A stretch of 64,000 nt of DNA from Mytilus californianus (GCF_021869535.1 NW_026262668.1:5456001-5520000), one strand, 5' to 3'. Numbered from the stretch's first letter, positions 1-13,129 are shown. Numbers and translations are program-made. Notes: generated by a model not told the origin, from the letters alone.

Positions 1-943
1 AACCAAATAGCTCGTGCATTTTTCTGAGTAGGTGATAATTTTTGTTTAAAATAATATACTTTGCCATGGGCATTTGATAGCTAGTAGTACCAAACATAAA
101 GATTGACAACTGGTTGATTTATTGACAGTTCAGATAACCAGAGCTACATGAACAACAATTTCGGTATTCATTATTTCTTCATTGAGTCTTGTGTAACTAA
201 GAGTGACATCTCCTTGTTATATGTTCCAATTTTAGCTAGTCAAAATTTGTTGTCTTCCTTGAAAATCTTCATTATTTAATTTTTAATGCCACTTATTTCA
301 TTTAATCTTAATCATTACTAAATTTGAAAAACTATAAGATTTAACAATTTTTAATCAATTTATACAGACATTTAATCATATTAAGAAATTGATCTTTTTG
401 TTTTGCAGTGTAAAAAATATAAAATACCGCACAATTGTTTTTTTGTTTTTTTTCTGATTGTGTAAATAATAGGTCTGTAATAACCGTCCCTACAGTAATA
501 GTCCATTTCTGTGAATACAGGCAGTGCAAGGGCCAGTCAATGTCGTTTAACTCCCCCCCGCCCCCCTATAGTAGTAGTCCATTTCTGTACATTTTGCTGA
601 CAGAGCAAGGGCTTAATAGCCAGTCAAGGTCATTAAAAACGCCCCGTAGTAGTGTCCATTTTAACAAAGCTGACAATGATAAGAAAAACTGACATTTAAA
701 TAAATTCCTGAAGAAAACACTAAAGTCTTTAATCTCCAGAAATGTCTCGATGAGAAAGAATAATAAAAGAAATCAAATGGAGTTAATGAACTTATGTGAA
801 AAAGAAATTAAATTATAATTGATAAAAAAATAAATTATCTCCCCTTAGTGGTGGAATTTAAAAAAAAAGAACAAAGACTTATCTAACATAAATCACCAAC
901 ACAGTGGAAAACACATCATTTTTATTTTAAACATTCACAGTCT

Positions 944-2062
944 GAATGAAATGAAACCAAACATGACATGAATGTTCCTTATGAAGTGCTGACCAAGTGT
1001 TGTTACTTTCAAGTGTAGCTGATCCATCATCTAAGATGGCCGCCAGCAGGGGACATCGTTTAGCATAGGACCCTATGGACAATACATACAAATATCTTCT
1101 TTTAGAGAAACATTGAATGGAATGAAACCAAACATTGCATGCATAATCTTTGTGAGGTGCTCACCAAGTGTTGTTACTTTAAAGCCAATCCATCATCCAA
1201 GATGGCCGCCAGCAGGGATCTTCATTTAATATAGGACCCTATGGACAATATATACAAATATCTACTTTTAGAGAATGACTGAATGGAATGAAACCAAACA
1301 TGTCATGAATCTTTCTTATGAGGTGCTGCCCAAGTGTTGTTACGTTGTAGGCAATCAATCGTCCAAGATGGCCTCCAGCGGAGATTAAGTTTAACATAGG
1401 ACCTTATTGGAAATTCTTACAAATGTTTTCTTTTAGGGAACCACTGAATGCAATGAAATCAACATGGCATGAATGTTCATAATGCTGTGCTGGCCAAGTG
1501 TTGTCACTTTTTAGCCAATCAATGATCCAAGATGGCTGCCAACAGGGAACTTAGTTTTACAAAAATCGCTATGTGAAATACATACAAAAGTTTTCTTTTG
1601 AAGAACCACTGAATGGAATGATGAAACCAAACATGGCATGAATGTTCCTTATGCGGTGCTGACCAAGTGTTGTTACTTTGTAGCAAATCCATCAACCAAG
1701 GTGGTTGCCAACGGGGACTTAGTTTAACAAAGGACTCTATGGTAAATATATGCAAATGCCTTCTTTTACAAAACCGCTCAATGGAATAAAACCAAACATG
1801 CTATGAATGTTTATTTTGAGGTGCTGACCAAGTGTTGTTACTTTGTAGCTGATTTTCTACAATTTCAATTAATTTATTTGTAATTTCTGTTAACTTTACA
1901 AAAGTCTTCTGCTTTTGGTTAAAATACGAGGCCAATATTAAACCAAATTTGGCCTCAATCATTGTTAGGGTATCTGTTATGATTTTTTTAATCCATTTTT
2001 AAATGATTTCCAAAACCAAAATATAATCAGGTGAGCGACACAGGCTCTTGAGAGCCTATAGA
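944..2062 (+). mobile_element. 5'-truncated non-autonomous Helentron-type element (HINE) with about 5.5 internal tandem repeats of about 167 bp
   Basis: The unit gaatggaatgaaaccaaacatg...ccaagtgttgttacttt...ccaagatggc recurs at about 944, 1116, 1281, 1447, 1611 and 1779. The 3' end has GGTGAGCGA followed by the hairpin AGGCTC-TTGA-GAGCCT (2042-2057), the typical subTIR plus terminal palindrome. Confidence 0.7.
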
Positions 2063-2171
2063 TATTATTTTTGTGGTTGGTTACTGTCTCATTAACATAT
2101 GCCAACATCTCCTTTTATTCATATTGATAATAAGATATGTGTAAAATTGTCATTATATAAGATTTTCCTTA

Positions 2172-2378
2172 TTTTAAAAGAGACATGAAAGATCAACTAA
2201 AGGAATGTTCAAACTCATGGCAAAAACGAAAAAAAAACAATCAAAAGACAAAAAGACAAAAACAGATGGAAACACAACACTGAAAACTAAAGACTGAACA
2301 ACACAAACCCAACCAAAAATCGGGATTAATTTCAGGTGCTCTGGAAGGGTAAGCAGATCCTGCTCTACATGTGACATC
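2172..2378 (-). repeat. Dispersed repeat copy (gaagggtaagcagatcctgctc family, probably from a retroelement 3' region)
   Basis: The core GAAGGGT(A/T)AGCAGATCCTG(C/A)TC(T/A)ACA recurs at about 2345, 2630 and 19705. The 67-aa minus-strand ORF here is a by-product of the repeat. Confidence 0.6.
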
Positions 2379-2574
2379 CTATAAAGTATGTTGATAATTT
2401 ATATCAAATAATTAAGCATCATGCAAAATTAGCTAACCCTGAAACTTGACCCAAAGTGAAATTTGGAATTTGAAATAAGTTTTCATGACGAAGGATAGAC
2501 AAGCATGTTACCGTATAAACATCTTTGACATTAAGCAAAAATAAAAAGCACAAAGAATACAATAAAGACTAGAG

Positions 2575-2790
2575 CAAGAGCAATACGAACTTCCTTAGAC
2601 AAAAATATGTTTGATCTCAGGTAATCCGAAAGGGTTAGCAGATCCTGCTCAACATGTGGCACCCGTCTAGTTGCTAATCTAAGAACAAACTGGTTGCAAA
2701 GACTAATTCGGTATGTAATATTCGAGGAAAAGAGGGCGGGATTGTGGGTACGAAATTAAGAACATATCCATCGCCATCTGTAATATGATG
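2575..2790 (-). repeat. Second diverged copy of the gaagggttagcagatcctgctc repeat
   Basis: Matches 2290-2378 and 19645-19740 by eye. Confidence 0.55.
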
Positions 2791-4189
2791 CCAGAGAGAA
2801 ATGAAAATTTCACAATTTGGAAGCTTACATTATTTCTTTTGAGACTTAAATGTATCTGTTGTATCCTTCAATACAAGTTCGATGGGATAGATGCGTTCAA
2901 CATAGTCGCCACACTTTTAACCATTTAGTGAGAGTACATTATCTATATTGCAGGACGCGAAGTCAAAGGTTAATGCTAGAATCATTGCATATTATATTCA
3001 AGGTGGCCTTTGGCTGTTGTTTCTTTGACACATACCTCATTTCCAATCTCGATTTTATTTAATGTGTAAACTGTTATTCAAATTAAGAAAAATAAAAGAT
3101 TTATTGCATTATTTTGACTGTTTTAATAAATACCTAATATCGGTATATGTTTTTGTTTGATTTAATATTTTAACTTCGTCATACAAGGGGATATAACTTT
3201 AGGGTAAATTTTATCGGAAAGGAATATTATTTTTCACTTCTAACAAGAAAACACACTCGGTGACAAAATTATTTTTCACTTCTGACAAGAAAACACACTC
3301 GGTGACAAAATTATTTTAAATTTTTTCTTAAATGAAATCATAAAACATATTTTTTCATATTTATGTATTTGATTTCAAAATTCTATCTCAAAGATTTCTT
3401 TTTATTCACCAAAAACATATTTTTTGTCATGAATAACTACGACTTGTAGCTTGAAAAATAGCACGATTACTACAAATATATGTTTTGAAAAAAAGCATGG
3501 AACAATCTACATTTTGTCAAAGTATCAGAAAATTATATCTCAAGAATACATAACTCCATAATGTCATACTCAAACATTTATATTAAAATGACAATGGTTA
3601 ACGACGATTGATCATTTTGTTTATTATTTTCAAAGCAATAAAAAAAAAGTGAGTCATTTTTCTAGCAAGACGATTATTTCCAATGTTTTCGAAGGAAATA
3701 TAGTAAATACATAGAAACTTCCAAAAACAGTTAAGCAGGACAGGTCTACCAATAAGCAAGAAAGGCCAAACTTATCAGTCCACACCTTATAGTAGTCATA
3801 TGTGTTCTTGCAAATACTATAGTGGATAGAGAGAATCTGTTTGAGCAAATCACCAGGACAAGATCTATAAATAAGCCAAATGGACGAAAGCATTGAGCGA
3901 CTGCGCGATCGATTCTTATACAAGTTATGGCCCTTGAAAGTATATTTGTACCAATTTTGGATGTTTTAACTGAAATTAACATGTTTTAGCAATTTGTTGT
4001 TTTGTGTCAGTAACTATTTAAGCCTGTTTCCGTTCATCATCCGTGATTTCGAAATAAATATTAAGTAATGAGAAAACCCATACTGCATAGTTGGATATAT
4101 AAAAGGCCAAAAATGGTACAATACAATTGAGAAAACTAAACTAAAAACACATATAACACAAATTTTATTACGTACATATCGTTATAATT

Positions 4190-4480
4190 TTATTTTGGAT
4201 GTAACACGTCTTCTGATTGGCTGAAAGTGTTTTGTCTATCAGCTCATAGACATAATTTTGTCATGTGACCGCGACGTCATCAACTTTTTCATCATGATTT
4301 ACAACTTTTTAGAATTAAATTATAAGGAATGACTTTAATATTTTTTTCTGTCTATTCGAAATAACATAAAAAATGTGGTGCACACTTTAAAATAAACCGT
4401 TACGCGGGTTATTCAGTGTACACCACATTTTTTATGTTATTTTTTCATAGACAGAAAAAATATTACAGTCATTCCTTAAA
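4190..4480. mobile_element. Palindromic MITE-like element
   Basis: Imperfect inverted arms of about 65 bp: aaggaatgact...atgtggtgcacact (about 4324-4386) pairs with agtgtacaccacat...agtcattcctt (about 4415-4477). Confidence 0.6.
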
Positions 4481-5308
4481 TAAATAAAAATTAAAACAAG
4501 AAGCACGGATCAACTTACTCCTGTCCTTACATAATTCTGATTATGTAGTCTATCAAATCTTTAAAATCATCTCGGACTGAGTTTTTAATTTTTTTTTTTT
4601 TAAAGAAAAGTCTTTTTATTTCAACTATAATATATGCTTTTCCCCAAAAAAACAATAATGCAGGGTTTTTTTCCTTTGGTAGTTTATTAATCTCGGTTTG
4701 TGAGTGAAATTAGATGGTCTAAGAAGGTTACAATTATTCCTCAGATTGTGATTGTTTTATTTGAATCTATCTAAAATGCTACAAATCTAACATAGAAATA
4801 ACTAAGATATTTTTCTGACACAAACAATTTTAGTATTCGCATATTGTGCCTTTGGTATCTTTCGCCTCTCTTTTGCGTTACAAATTACGAACTGATTACC
4901 ACTAGATGATGCATTATTTTTGAATAAGGTTAAATATGGTCCAATTGTTCTCAGTATATAGCAGTTTTTCGCGTCGATAACTTTGACCGTAATCTGTAGT
5001 CTAGAAAATTGTTGTGTCGAAGGATTCGATATAAACTTAGGCAGTTTAAGGTTATATTCCAATTTATATCATAGGTGGCAGCTATGGTTTTTCTAAAGCT
5101 TCCAGGTCCACAAATACAAAATGTGCTGTCTATGGAGCATGTACTCTACGAATTATGATACTCGATAGATTTGCTTTACTTAATGTTAAGAGTTTTGAGA
5201 AAGACCCATTCAAGAACCAAAGTCTGGCCTTTATCATAATATATGATAAAGTCAAAATTTAAAGCACACTTTTGACAAAAGTAAACCATGTTCTTTTATG
5301 TCACAAAG

Positions 5309-5456
5309 CAGGGGCGGATTCAGAATATTTAAACATTGTGGAGAGGGTAGAGGGGTATGTGGATTCACAAAAACTTAAAAATCATTTTAGACGATTTCTT
5401 GCAAATTATATATTTTTCAATCAATTTTGTTTACGGCCTACCCTGTATCCGCCAAG
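5309..5456. mobile_element. Short MITE with GGCGGATTCAG / CTGTATCCGCC termini
   Basis: Inverted terminal similarity (5309-5323 vs 5443-5453). Related termini occur at 17630-17770 and 29055-29066. Confidence 0.45.
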
Positions 5457-5731
5457 ACACTTGATCATCCAAATATCTGATTTAGCGGGAGATCTTGGTA
5501 CGCTCTAATTGTGTTATATTGAGATTTAGTATCATAATCAATTCATAATTTCTTCTAAGTAAAAACAGAATTTTGAGATTTTACTTAAATTTTGTTTTTC
5601 TGCTAGTTCGTTATTCTAAGATAATATTGCAGACGAGACATCTCGGGACAGTTAAGATAAACATGATAAAAGACAGCCGCCAAAATTTTCATACTTTAAA
5701 TGCATATGGTATGTAATTCTATTCTTTCAGT

Positions 5732-7381
5732 ATGTCGGACAGTGAATTATGTGATGTTTGTCGGTGTGGTAACGAAGATATAAAAGTCGTATCCTGGTGC
5801 AGTGACTGCAGTGAACTTGTATGTAACGCATGCGCCAGAGTTCATGAAAGGATGTCCCCGCCTCACAAAGTAGTACCAATGAAAGAGATACAACTCTGTT
5901 CTTCGCTTCTTAAATTGTCCAAAAACTGCGACAATCACCCCGATCAAAAGATTGTACTGTTCTGTTGTCAACATGACAAAGTGATCTGCGATTTATGTGT
6001 ACCTGTATTACATCTACATTGTAAGCCTATCATTTCAATTGAAAACGCTGCTAGAGGCGTGAAAGATGGCACTGCTATTTCTGACGTAGAGAGAAGAATG
6101 GACAATCTTAGTAAAGTAACAGACAACATACTGAGTAAAACTGAGATAACACTTGAAGATTTGAAGAAAAGTCGAATCAATATCAAGAAAAGAGTGTCGG
6201 ATATCAAACAGAAAGTTATTGCTCATTTAGATCAGATAGAAGCAGATATGCATAAAGACATTGATAACAAGTATAAATACTGTAATGACACGGTATCCCG
6301 ACATAAAAATAGCGTCAAATCTAGCTCTGACTCACTGTCTACATGGAAAAGAGATCTTAAATCACTAAAACAACACACATCTGAAATCCATTTATTTCAG
6401 GCAGTAAAATTTCTAGATACGATAACCCATCAAAAAGAATTGAAGATCAGAGAAATTCAAGCAGCAACTGTTCCTATACTAACATATCATCCTTCAGAGT
6501 ATGAGTCGAACATGACGAAATTAATCACAGACTTGGGTACAATAACAGTAGACTTTGTCTCAGTACCAATACCTGCACTAGATATCGATCAACAAGGTCA
6601 GTTTCTTGTTAGAGATAAAAGACAATTGTCGTTGGCACATTCCTTTCAGACCTCGAAATTAGGTGGTGAAGTTAGAATTACTAGAGGTTGTTTTATTCCT
6701 GGTGAAAGGTTACTCCTTTGTCATGAATTAAAAAGAAAACTTTATGTCTGTAAACTTGATGGATCCAAATCCAAGGTACTTAATTTGGATTATAATTCAG
6801 AACGTCTTAACTTGTATGACAACAACCATGCTTTAGTATCTTTAGGTAATGGAGGTATCCAAATTATTGACCTGAAAAAATTAAAGCCCCGTGGGATAAT
6901 TAAAGTTGATGGAAACTGTTATGGCATCACCAGTGTAAAGGATAAGATCTGGGTAAACAACCAAGACAACACTCTTATCATAGTAGATATCAAGGGTAAA
7001 GTTCTCAATACAATACCAATTCAAACAACATTTGATCCTTATAATATATGTAGTAACAAAGATGGTGATGTCATTTACTGTACAGACTTCGCTAGTGATA
7101 AAGTCTTCGTTGTTACATCGGGTGGTAAAGAACGGGTGATATACAGAAGTCATGATCTGGGAGGTGCTAGTGGTGTGGCGGTAGATGACCGTGGGGATGT
7201 GTATATAGCAGGGTTTATATCAAACAACATACATAGAATATCTAATGACGGACATGATATTGTCCTGACAGCAGACGATGGTATCAATGAACCGACTGAT
7301 TTATCTTACAATAGTGAAACGAGAGAACTATTAGTTATAAACAACAATTTGAAATCAGTCAACATTTATAAAGTACAATGA
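5732..7381 (+). CDS. RING-less TRIM-like protein: B-box1, B-box2, coiled coil and C-terminal NHL/SMP-30-like beta-propeller (549 aa, single coding exon)
   Basis: B-box1 is CDVC...WCSDC...CNAC...H...H and B-box2 is CDNH...FCCQH...ICDLC...H. A helical charged region spans about aa 110-240. Propeller repeats include PYNICSNKDGDVIYCTD, ASGVAVDDRGDVYIAG and PTDLSYN. A splice acceptor ttctttcag lies directly before the ATG (AG at 5729-5730), implying an upstream 5'UTR exon. Confidence 0.92.
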   Translation: MSDSELCDVCRCGNEDIKVVSWCSDCSELVCNACARVHERMSPPHKVVPMKEIQLCSSLLKLSKNCDNHPDQKIVLFCCQHDKVICDLCVPVLHLHCKPIISIENAARGVKDGTAISDVERRMDNLSKVTDNILSKTEITLEDLKKSRINIKKRVSDIKQKVIAHLDQIEADMHKDIDNKYKYCNDTVSRHKNSVKSSSDSLSTWKRDLKSLKQHTSEIHLFQAVKFLDTITHQKELKIREIQAATVPILTYHPSEYESNMTKLITDLGTITVDFVSVPIPALDIDQQGQFLVRDKRQLSLAHSFQTSKLGGEVRITRGCFIPGERLLLCHELKRKLYVCKLDGSKSKVLNLDYNSERLNLYDNNHALVSLGNGGIQIIDLKKLKPRGIIKVDGNCYGITSVKDKIWVNNQDNTLIIVDIKGKVLNTIPIQTTFDPYNICSNKDGDVIYCTDFASDKVFVVTSGGKERVIYRSHDLGGASGVAVDDRGDVYIAGFISNNIHRISNDGHDIVLTADDGINEPTDLSYNSETRELLVINNNLKSVNIYKVQ

Positions 7382-8299
7382 ACACTGACTAAGGAACGCT
7401 GACTGTTAAGTCGCGTAATTATTTGCATTGACGATTAACATTAGATAATAAAATATACTGTTAGTAATTTTATGAGATATTTGCTAATACATCATAATAC
7501 GAAGTTTAAATATGTTGCATGAAACTTATTTTCGTTTTTACACTCGACTTGTTTTAATATTTTCAAAATTTGACACAAAATTAAAGCTCTTTTTTTTAAC
7601 TAACTAGGCCAAGCAGTTTAGTTTAGTAAATACAAGATCGTAATTGTCAGTCGGTAGTATAGGAACTTGTTTTGACAATATTTTACCTTTCCCAGTGTAA
7701 GTCCATAATGAGTAGAGTTTGAGAGTACATAGGTAAAAAAAATTATTATTTCAGATCGATTCATTTACAATCATTCCAAATTCGCGCACCTGATCCGAAC
7801 ACGCCAGTGTTAGCTTTTCCCATCATTTTGCGTCCGTCGTCCGTTATAAACTAAATAAAAGTTATTCTCTCAAACCTGCTCACCAATTAGAAAAAAAAAT
7901 TTGTGGAAAAATCATTTCTATTTTCATTATCAAAATTTAAAGTTTGAAAGTAGCGGACACGATTAGGAACACACGAAAGAAATTGTTGAATAAGTGTTGC
8001 TTGCTTTAAGTCCAGTGATTTTGAAACAACAACCCTTGAAGAAAAAAGTCTTGGACACATTGATTACATAACTTCTTCCTGCAAACGACACACAGCCAAC
8101 CCTGTATTAGAGAAGTAATTGAGAACAACTAACTAATCCACAAACACAAACACATACTGATAATTGTTTAAAGAGCAACTTATATTCACTCAATACAAGA
8201 AAAGGCATCTCAAATGGCAGGAATCTAAATATTGTATGGTTGAACTGTTTTCGAATTCAGTCTCGCATTAATTTTCCCTTATTTGAAATCTTATAGTTG

Positions 8300-8775
8300 A
8301 TGTGTTTTTTATTTGAAAATTGATAATAAAATAAACAGCATCAAGATCGAAGTTAAAAATGAACTTGACGCTATGAAAAACAACCTGAAATCGGTGGAAA
8401 AAACGTACGCATGTATCGTTAAAATTCACAAACTCGGATACCATTGAAAGACGGGAAAATTTGATAATTAAAATATTACCCAATGATAAAAATGAAACAC
8501 CCACAAATAATTGTTTAAAAAACCATGTGATATCAATGATAAGAGATGGACTTAAGTTAAGAGATGAAAATGTGGAAAGAAAACAATTAAATGGTCCCCG
8601 CCCAGGCGTAGTGGTGGCAAGATTAAATTCTAAACAGGACAAAACAACAGTTATGGAAAAGAAAATGGAACTCAGGAAAACGCAAAAATATAGAAACGTG
8701 TATACTGAGAGTGATGTTGCATACGAGACCAGGGTCCAGAACTCAAATATGCGCCATAAACTTCAAGAAATTTGA
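8300..8775 (+). pseudogene. LINE ORF1 remnant (coiled coil plus RRM-like region)
   Basis: Reads KIDNKINSIKIEVKNELDAMKNNL (coiled coil), then RPGVVVARLNSKQDKTTVMEKKMELRK...VYTESD, resembling LINE ORF1 RRM/CTD. Frameshifted. Confidence 0.6.
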
Positions 8776-9039
8776 AAATTGAACTACTTCAAAATTTTGC
8801 AAGGAAAGCTAGTGATAAACTTCCAACGTAATCATAACCAATACAGAAGAAGGTAGGAATTAATGCTGGTGTATGTAATGTTGGAATGGTGGTCACAACA
8901 CACCGAAAGTAAAAATAATAAATTTCGACATTGCGTTCTAGAACAACTGAATTTTGATATATTCTGTGTGTGAGGAACTGTTTTAGTTGGTAATAACAAA
9001 CTTGATAAAGAAGATTATACCTTCTATGACACAACAGAC

Positions 9040-12000
9040 TGGTTAAGCATCATAAAGCGAAGCGTGGCTCAGGTGGAGAAGGAATATTTGTTAAAAGTAG
9101 TATCGAAGATCAATATAAAGTTACAATTTTAGATAATAGCGCCGAAGGCATTCTTTGGCTGAATTTCTACAACGAACAGGAAACGTTTTGTGTGTGCGTA
9201 TGTTATTTACCACCAACAGGCTCAAGCCGCTCGAATGACCCAGATTAGTTTTATGCGGATCTTGCTAATCAGATATATATGTATCAGAACATTGCACAGA
9301 TGTGTATAGTTGGTGATTTCAACTCAAGATCCTCAGACATTTCAGATTTCGTTGAAGGAGTTGATGATTTAACACCAAGAGAGGTGATTGATTATAATTC
9401 AAATTCCAACGGTGATTTATAAATAGATTTCCTAGTCGATTGTAATTTGCATGCTAAATGGAAGAAAAGGAAAACAAGATTTCACGTGTATATCAAAACG
9501 AGGTAAATCAGTTGAAGACTTCATAATAACAACCTATGAAAACATTCATATGTGCACTGATTTTGATGTTAAAATTATTTAATGATATTTCCAACGAATT
9601 AGAATTGCAAGACTCGAATCAAATACCTGACCATTCGGTACTTACTGTTCCATTCAAGAGAAAATCGACTCATAAACAAGACAAAACACAGCAAGCGTCT
9701 TACTCCAATATTATTCAAAAACTTCCATGTAAACCGAGATCTTGAAGCATACGAAACGAATTTTTAAGTGACGACGTGGTGCGAGTAATTTTAAAACATA
9801 GAAAATAATTTAACCGAGAAACAAGACGTCGATGCTGCGGTTGTTTTGTTGAACTTATTTCTGATGGAGTGAAATCCAAGATAGGTGAAAAATCAGAAGC
9901 AAATAACCAACACAGGAAGGCAAAAGAAAAATCAAGATACAAACCATACTGGAATGAGAATCTGAAAGTACTTTGGCATAAAACCTGCGAACACGAAAAA
10001 ATATGGCTGAAATGGAAAGGATGTGGTACGAAAAGAAACGTGTGCGAGAACAATTTCTTACATCGAGAAATACGTTCGATAAACTTTTTAGGAAAGAAAA
10101 ACGAAGTTATCAAATGCGCCAACAGGAAGAGCTAGTTAATCTTTCGACCAGAAACCAACACAAGAGACTTTTGGAAGAAAATTGGCAGATTAGGAATAGC
10201 TAATGACAGACGTTCTTCAATACCAATGGAAGTATTACCATCAGAAGGTAATGTGAGTGAAGATGTAAACACAGTATATAATACATGGAAACGAAAGTAT
10301 GAACATTTATTTCATGTAAGTGATTGTGAGTACAACGAAGATTTCTATGTATTGTCCAACAGCAACTAGAAAATGATATAACAGATAATTCGGTAAACGA
10401 ATCAGAAATTTTGAATAATGATATATATTAAGAACGATGACGTTAAGAAGGCAGTATACCGAGCAAAACTTAACAAAGCCGGTGGGCTCGACCAAATATG
10501 TGCCGAATTTCTTCGTAATAATTCATGTGTGAATATTCTATTCAAGATTATAAAATACGCATTTGAAAATGGAGTTGTTCCTGAGACATGGAATAATTTA
10601 CTCATTAATGACCCCATTAATCCAATATTAAAACCTGATAAAGACTATCGTGATCCTTAAGGTTATCGAGGGATAGCTCTGATGTCAATCCCCTGTAAGA
10701 TATATGCAGATATTCTTAACAGACGTTTATCAACCTGGTTAAAAGAAAATAATATCTTAGCTGATGAACAAAACGGCTTTAGAAAAGATCGTGGTTGCAT
10801 CGAACATTTGTACTCTCTAACAAGACTTGGATGGAGAGTTGTCTCATTGGCACTCATACCACATCTTCTTATATCTACTTATAACTAATAGAAAAATCGA
10901 AAGACGTTCAACGTTTGCATGTTTCATTGATACACAAAAGACTTTTGATTCTGTAAAAAGAGAGATGGTGTGGTTTAAACTGACGTCATTGTGCATAAAG
11001 GGAAAGTTTCTGAAAGGATTACAGTCACTGTATGTAGACGTAAGCTATGCTGTTATAGTAAACGGCTATATGACCGATATGTTTGACGTTAATATGGGTG
11101 TAAAAGAAGAGTGCAAAATATCCCCTACATTATTCTCAGTGTATGTTAACGATCTTGTCGATGAAATAAACAACATGAATCTTGTTATCCCGATCAATGA
11201 GTCGTACATTTTGTCCATCCTTTTATACGCTGATGACATTGTTTTACTAGCACCCGATGAAGAATCCCTTCAACTGATGTTAAATGTAGTCAACAATTGG
11301 TCTTCAAAGTGGAGATTGAGTGTAAATTTTGAAAAGAAAAATTTGTACATTTTCGTTGTCCGGCAATCCCTCGATCGAACTTTGACTTTCATTTTGGAGA
11401 CACAGCTATTGAATATTGCAGTAAATATCGACACTTGGGACTGTGGCTTGATGAACATCTAAATTGGAAATTTACAGTGAGGGAAATACGGAAATCGGCA
11501 AGTAGAGCACTCTCCGCTCTTTATACAAAGTTCATTTCATGTGGCAGTATGGACTATGACATATTTACAAAACTATATAAAAGTCTTGTTCAGCCTGTGT
11601 TATTATATGGAGCGAGTATTTGGGGCATATAAGAACACAAACAATTAGAAGCTGTTCAAAACAAAGCGTGCCGATACTACCTAGGAGCTTTCAAGAACTC
11701 TTCAAATCTAGCTATACGTGGAGACATGGGATGGTCTACAGTAAAGACTAAACAAAACGTTGAAGTTTTGAGACAGACTGTATTTTAAACTTGCTAATTT
11801 AGATGAAAATAGGCTAGTAAAACTGATACATGAATCGAGCAAATCAAAACAGCGCTCCTGGCACTCCCGCGTACTGGAATTCGTTCAAAAATGGGAACTT
11901 ACTTGTTTGATGAACGCTCAAAATATGACAACCCGACAAAAAGTTAGTATTTTAAAGGACAAGTTAAACAGTATGGATGCTGAAAATTGGTTAAGTGACG

Positions 12001-12413
12001 TGTACAACGATAGATACTGTGACAATGGAAATAAACTTAGAACGTTCAGACAGTACAAAAATAATCTTCAGCCAAGCAGTTAACTGAAATCCGTTAAGTT
12101 TAGACACTACCGTAGAACTCTATCAAACTTTCGTTGTGGCTCTTTACCACTCGCCATTGAAACAGGACATTACACCAGGCCAATTACACCTTTGATTGAA
12201 AGATTTTGTCAATTTTGTGATGTGAATACAATTGAAACTGAACAACATTTTTTAATGAACTGTAATTTATATTCGGACTTGAGTCTGGAACTTTTTCATT
12301 CATCCATTCTATCATATGATGTTTTTATTACCTTGAGTGCATGTGAAGAAGAGAAATTTAATCATATTATGAGCTGTGATGAAATTCAATTTGTATTAGC
12401 AAAAACATTCTAA
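9040..12413 (+). pseudogene. LINE ORF2 (APE endonuclease, reverse transcriptase, zinc knuckle), disrupted by many stops and frameshifts
   Basis: ORF-track fragments 9536, 9869, 10003, 10418, 10682, 10827, 11435 and 12192 join into one APE-RT polyprotein with YADD. Confidence 0.88.
10829..10880 (+). mobile_element. 52-bp micro-insertion of the Penelope-like 3' terminal module inside the LINE RT
   Basis: ggatggagagttgtctcattggcactcataccacatcttc matches 15436-15475 and is flanked by an ACTT direct repeat (10825-28, 10877-80). Removing it restores the frame HLYSLTRLITNRK. Confidence 0.8.
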
Positions 12414-13071
12414 AGAGTTTAAATTTTTAATTATTTATTTATTAATAAATAAATTTGGTGTATTTACTGTCTTTTGATTGGTTAAAAGTTTTACCTTTAT
12501 TTTCAATGTTGTCAATTTTTATGGCGACACGCCCACTCTGACGTTGTGTATTCATACGCCAACATGTGTGTACGTTGTTATTGTTAATATAATTATAATA
12601 TAAAAAGCTATTTGAGACTTATTTTTGATAGAAATTTATTTACAATGGATGACAATAATTTATTTTGAATTTATTGAACCATAAAATTAATTTTTGACTC
12701 TTCACATTTTACATAATCCGCTTCAATGTGAAGAGTCAAAAATTAATTTTATGGTTTAATAAATTCAAAATAAATAATAGTCATTCATTAAACATATTAA
12801 GTTTTTTAAAACACTTCTACTTTTTTTGTTCTTTTTAGTGAAAAATGTTTATTTTAAAAGTAATTGTTGTATACTTTTAAATAATTTTTAAATTTTGAAA
12901 AACGATTTTCAAATTGTGTATGCATTTAATGGACATGTAGTAAAAGTGGCTCATATGTCTACAAGTGTCTCATATGTCTTTTAAGGCAGGAATCTAATAT
13001 ATTTTTATGCTGTTTTATCTGATTTATAATAAATTATGTATGATATTAGATTGTGACACTGTAATAAACTA

Positions 13072-13072
<1 letters not shown>

Positions 13073-13128
<56 letters not shown>
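13073..13128 (+). repeat. (TTAC)n microsatellite, about 14 units; LINE 3' tail
   Basis: Read directly; it follows AATAAA. Confidence 0.95.

Positions 13129-13129
<1 letters not shown>

Larger units (their letters stand above)
8040..13128 (+). mobile_element. Degenerate near-full-length non-LTR retrotransposon (APE-RT LINE, RTE-X-like), ending in AATAAA plus a (TTAC)n tail
   Basis: Contains an ORF1 remnant, APE motifs (CYLPP, IVGDFNSR), RT motifs (QNGFRK, LFSVYVNDL, YADD at about 11225), a C-terminal IETGHY...ERFCQFC...HFLMNC zinc knuckle, AATAAA at 13063 and the microsatellite tail. The 5' boundary is approximate and the clade call is an inference. Confidence 0.85.

Noticed and set aside
3228-3316. 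42-bp direct duplication
   Set aside because: A simple local slippage duplication with no further structure.
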